Made by a program: the position numbers and the translations under genes | NCBI GenBank assembly: GCA_013239625.1 | Contig: MU054323.1 | Coordinates: 16,062,029-16,126,028, forward strand | Reading direction: 5' to 3' | Source of the DNA: Lama guanicoe | Taxonomy: Eukaryota | Length of the DNA stretch: 64,000 bases | Shown here: positions 1-13,800 of the stretch, in pieces | Layout of the letters: the number at the start of each line of letters is the position of its first letter | How positions within the stretch are numbered: position 1 is the stretch's first letter | The notes under the pieces: generated by a model | Seen by the model: only the letters and a program-made list of their open reading frames with translations | What the model was told of the DNA's origin: nothing | Database searches by the model: none

Positions 1-1687
<1,687 letters not shown>

Positions 1688-1728
1688 AAGTAAGTAGAAT
1701 TTTGATTTGTGATTTATTTAGAAAACAC

Positions 1729-1865
1729 TCATTTTCTTTGCTTTTTAATTTTCAGAGTGGTTTTTGGCCTCTTTTTGAAATTTCTCTTTCTCTTAATGAT
1801 GCTTTTCACATCTCTGTTGTGTAACCAGTCATCGCGTTCAGCCTCCCATCTAAGCTGTTTGAAAC
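1729..1865 (-). CDS. CEBPZ: CEBPZ exon 16, coding part (TGA at 1731-1729)
   Basis: [45 protein letters not shown]; basic C-terminal tail. Confidence 0.94.
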
Positions 1866-4800
1866 CTTTGGAGAGGAGAAGAAAGGTGAGCACACTGTAG
1901 ACTCTTGGAGGCCCCATGGAACATCCTACTGAGTAATAGGAACTTCCGGTCTGCCATGGCCTACAGTCATTTCCCATCCACCATGCAAACCCCCTGCTTG
2001 TTGGCTGCTTTCCTTCCATATTTATCATCAAAGATGACAGGAAAGGAACAAGTGCTTTAAAGATTTTATTTCCCCTGAACACTTTTACTGGTGAAAGAAG
2101 AGAAGCCAGTAACTATCAATATCAGACATAATTAAAATGTCTTTAAAGTACTTAATAAAGTTAGCTAGCAAATTCATACCACGTAAAAATAGCCTGCCTT
2201 TGTAAAAAAAACAAAAACAAAAACCTAATTTTCATAGGCTGTAATACTTTTTTGCTATAGTTTATAAATACATTTTAATCCTGTGTGCTCCCTTAACAGT
2301 GAGATAAAAAAGCTATTCCTTCTAGGTTTTAAGGAACCATTTTACCCCTTCTTACTATAAAAAGGTCCTCCAAAAATATTCATATCTTCAGAAATTCTAA
2401 GTTAAGGCTATTTTAAAACCTTAATAAAAATTCAAGTTACTTACTTGCATTATCTTTGTTAGCCATGGCATTCATTCCAATGTAATCAAACTTGGATCCC
2501 ATATTTTCATCCAATAGGTGGCCAAACTGAGGGGGTGGAGGGAGAGGATACATTTATTAGAAAACTTAAAACAATGTACAAGAGCTAACTGCCTAAGACA
2601 GCAGGTTAGCCTTACCTCTTCAGCAGATACAAATAGGTTGGAGTCACTGAGGTTTCTTTTCTTTCTTTTTCTCTGTCCTTAAAAAAAAAAAGTATAAACC
2701 TAGATTATTAAATTGTAAATCCGATTATTTTGGAAAAAATACAATCTTTCAACATGGTTTTGTTAAAAAATATATATATATGGGTTAAAACACAATTACA
2801 GTTATCTTCTAGCATCATTAGGTAGCTGGCATTTAAAGACAGAAATGTAACTTATTTAAGAGTTAGTATATAGTATTATTTAAAAAGTTAATATCCTAAT
2901 AGAACTGTTCAGATGACAGTAGTGTCTTGCTGCCTTTCAGATTTGACCATCGATCAAGGTTTACCCTGTTTCATAGTATCAGGCAAGATTAAAATTCCAA
3001 AGTTGACATGGATGGATTTTAGAATATTTAAGGTTAAATACAGGGAAGAAACTGATGGAAGGTTTGTTTATTATGTTATAAATGGAATTTTATTTATACT
3101 ACTCAAAATAAAGTTGTTCTCCTTAAAAAAAAAAAACAAAACTCCCTTGTAATTCTGAATATCTAATGTTTCAAAATAGATAATAGTAAAACATCTATTT
3201 TTAATATTTGTTACATTTTAATTTATTACATTTTAACTCACACATTTAAAATTGCATTGTCTAAAAATATATTGACTAGAAATACTGCTTTTATCCATTT
3301 TCTTGAAACAACATTATACTCTATTGACATCAATGTCTTTAGTGTTACTAGAATCACTTTAAAAAAACAACTTGACTAAGGAATAAAATTCAGTTGTTTT
3401 AAGTGTATAATTCAGTAATTTTTAGTAAATTTACAAAGTTGTTCTACTGTCATCACAATGCAATTTTAGAACATTTTCCATCAACTCTAAAAGATTCATG
3501 CTGCCCCTCTGCAGTTACATGCTCTCTCCTTTGCCTTTTCTGGCTATTTCATATAAATGGAATCATGTGATACGTGATTTTCTGTATCTAGGTGCTTTTA
3601 CTTAGCATAGCATTTTGGAGGCTCATCTATATTACAGCATTTATCAGTACCTCATTCCATTTTATTGCTGAATAATATGCCACTATATGGGATTTCATTT
3701 TTTGCTTCTATATTCATCAGTCAATGGATATTTAGGTTGTTCCTACTTTTTGGCTATTAAGAAAAATGCTTTTAAGAACAACTGTGTACAAGCCTTTGCA
3801 TGGACAGATGAGGCCTACTTTTGACAACAGTTTCTAGAGCATTTCACTTTAATTTTAATCGAGGTGAAATGTGTATTAAGAACTGTGCATGATGCTATAG
3901 TTGAATATTTCATCCCAAGCTAAAATTCCCATTTGTGTATTATCAGGAAGGGTTTTCTGGTTTTCATTCATCCTGTGGGTATGTATCTAAAACTTCCTTT
4001 AGCAAGCACCTCTCCTTTACTGCCTTCTTAAAGTTTCCTTAAGGTTTGTTTATTCTTAGGGATAGCCAACATTTGCAAATGTAGGGTGAAATCTCCCCAG
4101 GATCAATTAGTAAGTCTCTTACAAATTTCTTTGCCTCTTTTTTAAAAATCAGGTATCTTTTAATCTGCATCCAAAACTACTATCCATTGAGATTTGAGAT
4201 CCTTTCAGGCTAATGTCTTCTGAAATAGTACTTTATTATTCAAAATAAGGTCAATGAGAGAGCATCTTTTAATATGGCAGGCTCATAAGGACTTAAGACA
4301 AAGCAATATTTCTTTTCTAAGAGACTTTGAGGAAAACTCTGCCTTAAGAGCATATGCTACTATTAAAGTGTGACCTTACATCCTCGATGAAGGATGAAAT
4401 TTTGAAAATAACATGTTATGATGTAAATATGCATCAGCTGAATCAATCTAGTTAAAAGGACTTGATGTCAGCCGTACTTCAAAGGGCTAATACAAATTTT
4501 GTAGGCATAAAAGTCTCTCAGGGACTTTTATATATACTTTATATACTTTTACCAATATATAGTTATTATTTTTGATATTTACTGTCAAAAAACATTTTTA
4601 ATATTTAATTTTAATAAAATATTGTCAAGCATTTTAATTACTTCTAAATTTGCAAGTCTATTTTTATTCATCGGTATTTACAGCTAACCCCCGAACAACA
4701 CGGGGTTTAGGGGCACCCATCCCCAGTGCAGCTGAAAACAGGCATATGTATTTACAGTCATCCTCAGATTCACCCAACTATGGACCATGTAGTACTGGTC

Positions 4801-7800
4801 CCATGCAGTTTAAACTTGTTGTTCAAAGGTCAGCTGTATTTGCAGAAACTAAAGAGGCATCAGAAGCAAAGCATTAAAAAAAAAAAAAGTAAGCCCGTGC
4901 AAATTTATCCACAAATTAAGGAATAAAATATTTATATTATAGTGCTTTCTATGTTTTTATCAAAAACTTTAAAAACTGTCACCTGATACAGTGCCTTTTT
5001 TTTTAGCACTGCAGAAGTGTGAACATTAAAAGGCATAATCCATTAATATGCTTAGAAAAAAGTCAAATTCTTTCTGCTAATTTGTTCTATTTTATATATT
5101 TTTGAGGTTACAATCATTTTGTCATGGCAGCAAAATGGGAAATCTCATGAAAAAGGAAAATGACGTTAATAAAGAGCATAGGTTTTCAGATGGGTCAAGT
5201 GGCAAGGGTAAGAGGTGGTTGAAAAGGAAGAAGGCAACAGGTGTCTGGAAAATCCAGGGCTTACATATTACTGAATGGTTTCAACATGAATGAAAAGATG
5301 ATCTAGATCTATTTAAATAAGAGGAAGGATTTAGGAAGAGAAAATGATTGAAGGTGTATGTGGGAAACAGCAATCTTCATATATTAAAAATACATCAAAC
5401 TTATTATCCGTTATAAAAACAAAAATTGTATTAACCAATTCAGAGGAGTTAATTTCCCCAAATGATAATGAACAATAGCTTTCACGTGCATAATGCTTAG
5501 ATTTAAAAGAGATTAAATTCATTTTCTTACCTTGAAATGACCCAGCAAAGTCAAAATCATTTGCACCTTTTCTCTTGTTTTTCTTACTGTTGACTTTGGA
5601 ACTGACTTCATCATCAAGTTCTGTTGCCAAAAAACGCTGTTATTAAGCAATTTAAAAACAGCAGAGCTGCTATAGGGCTATAATGATGAATACTGATTAA
5701 CTTTTAAGAAACTGCTAATTACTATTGCAACATTTTTAAAAGGCAGTGTAACAGCTTAACAGCTATAGTACAGACTTGTTGAGTATAGTATAGGTACTCA
5801 ACAGGTGCAGTATAATACAGCTGACCTTGATGAAAATAAAAGCCTGAAACTGAAAACTCAACTGCTTAAAAAAAAGAAAGAAAGAAAAAAAAGAAAGGAA
5901 AAAAAGAAAGGAAAGGGGAGGGGAGGGAAGGGAAAGGGAAAAGGAAAGGAAAGGAAAGGAAAGAAAAGAAAAAAAGAGCAAAGCAAAGCTTCAGTTTCAA
6001 ATGAGAGGGAAAAAGGTCCTCTTTCAAGTAATGGCCGATCTGGGTATTTATTTGAATACAGGGTAATGTTAAAAAAGACCAACAACAACAAAACCAAAAA
6101 GCAAAACCCTTCAACTGAAAAACTAGCCTCTGCTGGGGAAGAAAGAGTTTGTTTCTATCTTCTATTTTAAAATGTTTACCTGGAATGCTCTCGTTTTCAT
6201 CATCAAGCACATCCATGAATGTTCCTCCATCTTCCTCAATTCCAGTAAATTCCTCATTCATACTTCCTAAGGAGACTTCATCATCATCCAGGTTATCAAG
6301 GTCATCATCTTCTGAATCATCATCTTCTGAGTCATCCCTAGCTCCTTTTGCTTTCTTTTTCACGTTGCTGCAGAAAAAGAACAACTTGTAATGTAGAAGA
6401 GGACACTGTTTTCTAAAGTATATTTTGGTGAACAGCAGGTTACTAGGCTATTAACAGAATTCAAAAGAGAGGTACGAGCCTCTCCTTTACTTACTGTACT
6501 AACGAGCCTTTATTTACTATACTCAGCTCCGAGCCTTTATTTACTATACTAATGAGCATTATAAAAGTCTAAAAAATGAAAGTACTGTATCTATTTCCCA
6601 AACTTATTTCAATACCTTTCTCCTATACATCACAGAGTCCTGTGCTCATGTTCTACTGTTCTGAGGGACAATAATTTGGGAAATGCTGGGAAAACAGTAA
6701 GGAAAAAACAAACAAAAAACCCCCTATTACTGAAGAAAAGTATTTTACCTAGCAAAATCAAGGTCATCCTTTCCAGAGGTGAAACAATTATCATCTTCAA
6801 AAGTGTCTGCCAGAGAACAATACACAAATGATGAGATACAGCAAGGAGTAATGTGTCGTATGTCTGAATCAGTTAACACAGTCATGAGCCTGCTGTTCAT
6901 GAGTGAACACCAAAATGATATACGTCTGACCACCGCTGGTGTGTTTTATTAAACTACATAAACCTATGAATATACTGACCTTAACTAACTGCCTAAACTA
7001 AATGGGTTCCAGTTAATTTTAGCTTCTTTCAACAGTTCTTTTATGGGGAGACGGAAAATATCAAATAAAACAGTATTTAGCAACTACAGTCCTTTTTACT
7101 ACACTAGAACTACTTATGTGCTTATTTTTTAGTAGGTGTAATTCAATATTTAACAGAGGTGAGCTCAATGTAATTTTTTCTAATTTCCCATGGTTTTTGT
7201 TTCAGTCTAAATTCCAATTAAATTATTTCTAGCTCTGTGGATTATATAGATAAAAAAATTACCAATCATCTTTTCAAACTCATCATCATCCACATCTTCT
7301 ATACTTTCTTCATCTTCATTCCGTTTTTGTTTCTCTTTAACCCTAGCAACTTTTTTATAATACCTAAAATAAAATGCATGTTACATATTTGATAATTTTA
7401 TTAAAAGGCCCATTTTACTATAATCAAAACACCTATGACCAGTGACACTAACAAGTGTAAAAGCAGTTAATTCCATTGGATATAAATGACTAAAGTTTGT
7501 ATTTATTATTAAAAAAAAAGTTTTGAATTCAACAAAATAGTTGGAAACTTCTGAAATGTGGAGAATAAATTTCAACGATTTAGGGTGGTTCTTCATAAAA
7601 ACACCTTAACTCATCTTAATTAAATGGCACAGTAAAAGGCTGTTTTAGCATTAAAACTAATGAAATGATGCAAGTATTCCAATATTATAAACTGTGGCTC
7701 TAAATGACCACTAATCACAATGCTTATCAGTTAGATTTATTCTTATATTGGGGTACAGTGAAACTTAGCATTTTGCAGATGGGATCATACCCTCAAAATT

Positions 7801-10800
7801 CTTTACACAAAATGTAAAACAACAACAACAACAAAACAACTGAATTAATCAACAGGTAACAGTTCCTTTACTACTACGAGGCATTAGTAGGAATTCCAGT
7901 AGGTTTAGGACTTATCTCCATGGTAGTGCTATGAATTTTGCTAATTCTGTTTAGAGCCATGTTTTGGACGAATTACTCTTGAATTATTTATCATTATATC
8001 AGACTGATATAGATTTAAAGCCTGTAAGAAAATTACTATATTAAAAAAAGATTAAATTTCACAAAGTCAAGACACTTAAAATTGATGCTAAATTATTAAA
8101 AACAAAGCCCCCAAATTTGCTTTAGTTTCACTTAGATATCTTAATATTAGCAAACTGACATTTCTAAATTCCCCTCACAAAAATAGATATTGACATAACC
8201 ATTGATCTTTTCAAGATAGGCCTATGTTAAACCATTTACGGAATCTAACAATTTTAAATTTAACAGTTCCCCAAATGAAACCATTAGATGTATTACCTAT
8301 AGAAAAACACTTCATCCACTGGTATTTGGCTTTCTTCTTTTGCAAGGAACTCCTTACTGTTAACTAGGAGAAGTTAAAAATTTTAATTTATAAAAGTAAT
8401 CCTTTTTATGTTATTCAAGCTCTTCAGACTAAGTGCAGAATACCTATAATTCTAAAGTCTCAAAATGTAAGGAAGTTGAACACAAGGCATCTTATAGTGT
8501 GAAGGACAATCTGGAAAAATCTGTGTAGAGGAAACACAACGTTTGAAACTTTGTGGGCTACAATCTAACTTTGTAGCCATCAGTGCATCACAGTGAAAGA
8601 ACAGGGTTCTCTCACTGTCCTCCAACTGCATCCAGGATCCAAATTTCAAGAGAAAAACTTAAAAAATTAAAAGAGTTCTTTTAATCATAAATTTAAACTT
8701 GTCATTTTCATCTTCGAAAAATGACAATAACGCCTGCCACTCTGCAAATAGGAAGTAAAGGTAAAGATAGAAGTATCCACAATTTTACTTAATACTGAGG
8801 CAAAACTAAGAAAAATAAAAAGGAGCTAAATCTAGTATGTAAAGAAATGTCTGCTCTGAATACAAAGACAAAATCAGATCTACAAGATGGGTACTAAATA
8901 CCCATAGAAGTAGGTTATCAATTGAGTTTAAAAAGATGCTCTGTGACAAAATCTGTTGTGGGTTTTCTGCCGAGCCCATAGTAGTGAGCTTAACATGGTC
9001 TGAACTGTAAAAGGTAATTATATATAGGCTGGAGGGGAGAAGCCAGATAAAGCTATAAAGAATGGCAAAATGTTAATTGTTGAAGATGGGTAATGGTTAT
9101 GGGTTGAGGGAGGGGGCTCATCATACTACTTATGTATATATTTTGAATATGTTTGAAATTTTTTTAATAAAATAAAAAAAAAAACAGCCCAGTCACAATA
9201 AGCTTGAAAATGCATACACTCTTCAGAACAGAGATGGATAATTATCTCTGGTGCTTAAGTTTTATTCTGATAAAGAAGAGCAAAGAATAACACAATTTAT
9301 GTGTTACTAACTTGTACTGTCTTATCAGTTTCAACTGTCCAGGCTTTATACTTACCAGCAAGACTACGAATATCATTCATAAAATGTTTTCTTTTTGGCT
9401 GCATCACAACACTGCCTGTGTTTCCTGAAATGTAAAATCATGACAGCGTAATGTAAAACCTAGTTATATGCTCATATTACAGCAGCATCAATTGAAAAAT
9501 TCATCAAATAGAAGCATACCTTTGCCTTTATGTGGCTTTGGATTTCGGTATACAAATCGATCCAAGAATCTCATTAGTGTGAAATCCTGTAGTGGGTCCC
9601 CTGAATACTCAATATAATTTCCCTGAAAGGTGAGGGGTGGGGAGGGGAGAAGGAATTAAGAACTTAACTCAAATTACATGTATGCATCTAGATGAGAAAC
9701 AAAAAGAAAAATGTAAGCATCTATTACATTGCTTCGAAGGCACAAACATGGAATAAAAGACCCTTCAAACATCCCTCTCATGCACATTATTCTCTTCTTG
9801 AAGAAATTAAACACACTCATACACATTTAAGATGCACTGATGATTTTATGAATAGGCAAATAGTATTAATACTGCAGGTCATCTAACCAGGAAACAAACC
9901 CTGAGTGGCAACACAGCAAATGGGAAAAGGGAGGGCAATCTTTCTTTACAACAGCAGAGAATGTTCATGATTCTTTCTGGTGGAGAAAGCACTGTTTGAC
10001 CAATTACTGATTCTCTAAAACTGGATTACTTACTTTTTGTCTCCTGAATATTTGAGACTTACCTGAAGGATAGTCTTTGCAAAAAGGGCCACAGAGGGAT
10101 GAAAATGCTCAGACAGCTAAAAAGAAAAATGTGAAATTAGGTGACCTTTTACTATAGCTGTAGATTATTTATGAAAATCCAAAAAATTGAAACTTAACCC
10201 AATATATCAGAAAAGTGATTCTTAACAATCAAGGACCTCAACTGTTAGTAGTGAGGTGTATGTATCTTTTTGAATTAATGTTTTTGTTTTTCTTGGATAG
10301 ATGCCCAGGAGTAGAATTGCTGGGCCATGTGGTGGTTCAATTTTTAGGTTTTTGAGAAACCTCCATATTGTTTTCCATGGTTGCTGCACTAATTTACACT
10401 CCCACCAACAGTGTACAAGGGTTTCCTTTTCTCTACATCCTTGCCAACATTTGTTATTTGTGTTCTTTTTGATAATGGCCATTCTGACAGATGTGAGATG
10501 ATATCTCATTGTGATTTTGACTTGCATTTCCCTGAGACTGGTGATGCTGAGCAACTTTTCATGTTCCTGTTGGCCATCTGCATTTCCTCTTTTGGAAAAA
10601 TGTCTGTTCAGTTCTGCACATACTATAATTGTGTTGTTTACTTGGTTTTTAACTGAAGTACAGTTGATTTAAAATGTTGTATTAGTTTCTGATGTACAGC
10701 ATGGATGGTCTTAGAGGGCATTATGCTAAGTAAAATAAGTCAGACAGAGAAAGACAAATACTATAAGACACCACTTAATGTGGAATCTAACAAAATACAA

Positions 10801-13800
10801 CAAACTAGTGAATATAACAGAAAAGAAACAGACTTACAGATGTAGAGAAGGAACTAGTGGTTACCAGTGGGGAGAGGGAAGGGGGAAGGGACAAGATGGA
10901 GTTGGAAGATTAAGAGATACAAACTATCAGGTATGAAATAAGCTACAAGGATGTATTGTACAACATGGGGAATATAGCCAATATTTTATAATAACTATAA
11001 ATGGAGTATAACCTTTAAACATTGTGAATCACTGTATTGTATACCTGTAACATAATATTGTACATCAACTATACTTCAATTTAAAAAATGATATTGTTAA
11101 ATAGAGACATAAATTTAAAAAATCAAGGACCTCAAGAGCTTTCTTAATTTAAGTAGGATGTATCTATTGATATTTACTTCATTAGATATTACAACAGAAA
11201 AATTTTAAACATAGTTCATTTAAAATAGCAATAAACACATTATATATTGATATAAATGTTTCATAAAAATAACTTTTTCAGAACAAATAAATTTGAGTGA
11301 GAAGAGTGGCATTATTTCACAGTTTTGCAAATCTGTTTAATGTCTGGTTTAACAGAAGACAGTGGATTCTCATATCTGCTTCTGTATTCCATGTTATTTT
11401 AGTTGAAGTATATGGAGAAAATCTGGCCTCACACAGATATATGGTTGGAAAAAAAGAGGATTAACCAATAGTCTTTCACATAAATGTGGAGTTTTTTTCT
11501 TTGCTACTATATTGAAATTGAAGATTAGCTGCAATATGGAATCTGAAACCCCATCAATCAGCTTTTGGTACTTGCTACTTAAAATTGACTGGTCTACAGT
11601 GAATGGATCTTTTATCCATGCTTGACTCTGTAACACTGTGCATCGGTCATTTGGAAAATACTGACTCAGTGAGTTATGCAAATCTTCCAAATGTTAGTCA
11701 CATTTCATTCAACATCACAAAAATCACACTGTTAGTATCACCACTGATTTTCATCAGAAAAGTTTTTATCTACTGAGAAACTGTTAAGTTCAAGATGGTG
11801 GTTATAGGAGTTCTAAAATTTTAATCTGTGCTTAAAAGCTTGAATTTTATCATTGACAACAAACACTGTCAGCTGTTTTGTTTGAAGCAAAAGGTTCACT
11901 TCATTCATTTTCAAGAAAAAATCTCCCAAATACCCAAGTCTGAATCACCAGTCTGTCAGCCAGCCTTTCAAGAAAAAAGCAGCTAGCGGCGTTTCCGACA
12001 ACTCCCCAGGCACTTTCCCGAGACATCACACAACCCTCATACTTAGGTCTGCAGCAAAGTGCCTTATGTGTTCTTGTTATATATGCACACAGAATAGTAA
12101 AAAGAAATGTATGTATTTTGGGGTCAAGATAATAAAATCAACAATTTTTTTTCCTGCTTCATCACTCTTATGTGATACTTGATTTTTTTGTTCCCTACAA
12201 GTATGTGGCAATGAAGAATTTAATGACCATGAGTGCAGCCTGGTTCTACTGTTTTATTTGTGCTAAAGAATCAGCAGTTTTATCCATCATTTCTTTACTA
12301 TCAGTGCCACTGTCAACAGTGACAAAGGCAAAGAATGTCTTGGTATCACTATGAAAGTAGCTATGACCTATCAGACTTGCTCACAAGTCTGTATAGGAAG
12401 TCACTTACTTGCTTTCCCAAAAGAATCATAGAAAGGTTATTATAAATACGAATACCTCTTATGTGTTTAAAAAGTAACTTTGCTTGGAAAAAGTTCTGTC
12501 ATCACAAAACTTTTCAGACATACCTAATACATAAAGCAAAACTTATCCCTATATAGAGCCATTATATGCAATAATCTACTTAGAAAAAGCAAAATTTGTT
12601 TCTAGCCATGTATTAACATCCTTATTTTGCATGCACATTATTTAAGATTTTCTACATGTGAATGGAGAAACAGATAAATTCAATGTTTATCAGAGGCAAC
12701 AGAAATATGGGTTATAAGGTATTACAGCCAAGTGACAAACTTCAAATTGCTTCCTTATGCCAATTAATGTCTAAATAAATAAACTCCTATATTTATCATT
12801 CACACACAAAAAAAGAAAACTTGAAAGTGTTAAATCCATGGGGACAAAATACAGCACAGATGAATTAAGAGACAATTTGAAATTATTTTACCTTTTTGAG
12901 TTCCCAAAGACTTGTATTTTCAGCTCCACAGAACAAAGGGTTTCTACTGAATGGATCATATGTGTTTAACTGTTTGCCACCTGAGAACAAAAAAATAAAA
13001 TAGTATTTCTCAAATGTTTTATTCCTAGACCAAGAGGTCACTAAAACCACCAAAACTACTGATGTCAATTACACCTATAATTTTCAATACTCTTAGTTAG
13101 CCAGGTATCCTACCTAGATCAAAAACTCCAAGCCTTGTCAAGAATTTATCATGGTACCCAAGCTAGTATTTGCTATTGAATAAACCAGGCAGCATGTTTA
13201 TTCCAACTACTAAAAGCTCCCCTTCAGATTTTATTCCCTTTTCAAATAGCAACAAAAGGCACCCATTTCTTGGTCAATTAGGTCATAAGTGGTAACATGG
13301 CAAATAACCTGAGGATGAAACAGGCCTAAATTCTTTTGGAACTTTAGAGTGCACTGAATATTTATCATTAAATTATGCCCAGAAATAAGTCTCACTTGAA
13401 CAGGTTTATAATATCTTTTTCATGTTTTCAGCAACCCTCTGGATTAAAAAATTAAAGCAAGAAAAGTTGAGCACATAACAGGAACTGTCTCCTTCACAAT
13501 GCACCTGCTCATCATCTCTCTAAAGGATTATACTCGGGTTGGCCTTCAGGGCAACTGATGGATTCTTTTAAAAGCTTTCCTGATGGCTGCCATACTCCTC
13601 TTTTATACTTCACAAGCAAACTGAAGTTTGGAGAGAGAAAATCATCTGATCAAGAGTCCCACAACAAGCTGGAAGAAATAGGCACATTTCTTGATCCTCA
13701 AGGCTAGTGTGCTTTTCTTTACAGCCTCAAATGAAGAGGCTGTACTTCTAAGATTTCTTTTGGCTCTAATATTCTGTTACGAGACTTAATTCAATTTGTG

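Noticed and set aside
5763..6179. K/R/G-rich and F/S/L-rich ORFs (5763..5981, 5805..6170, 5858..6097, tail of 5866..6384)
   Set aside because: Translations of the GA-rich tract; only 6180-6367 is a real exon.
6475..6557. CRISPR-like direct repeats
   Set aside because: Only 2-3 copies, 6-bp spacer, mammalian intron, no cas genes.
11394..11690. Domesticated hAT transposase gene
   Set aside because: Short, frameshifted intronic Charlie relic with no long ORF or exon structure.
13705..13745. Plus-strand acceptor-like site (cttttctttacag) overlapping a 7-bp hairpin CAGCCTC...GAGGCTG; possible alternative antisense exon
   Set aside because: No supportable donor or ORF; such motifs are expected by chance in 64 kb.
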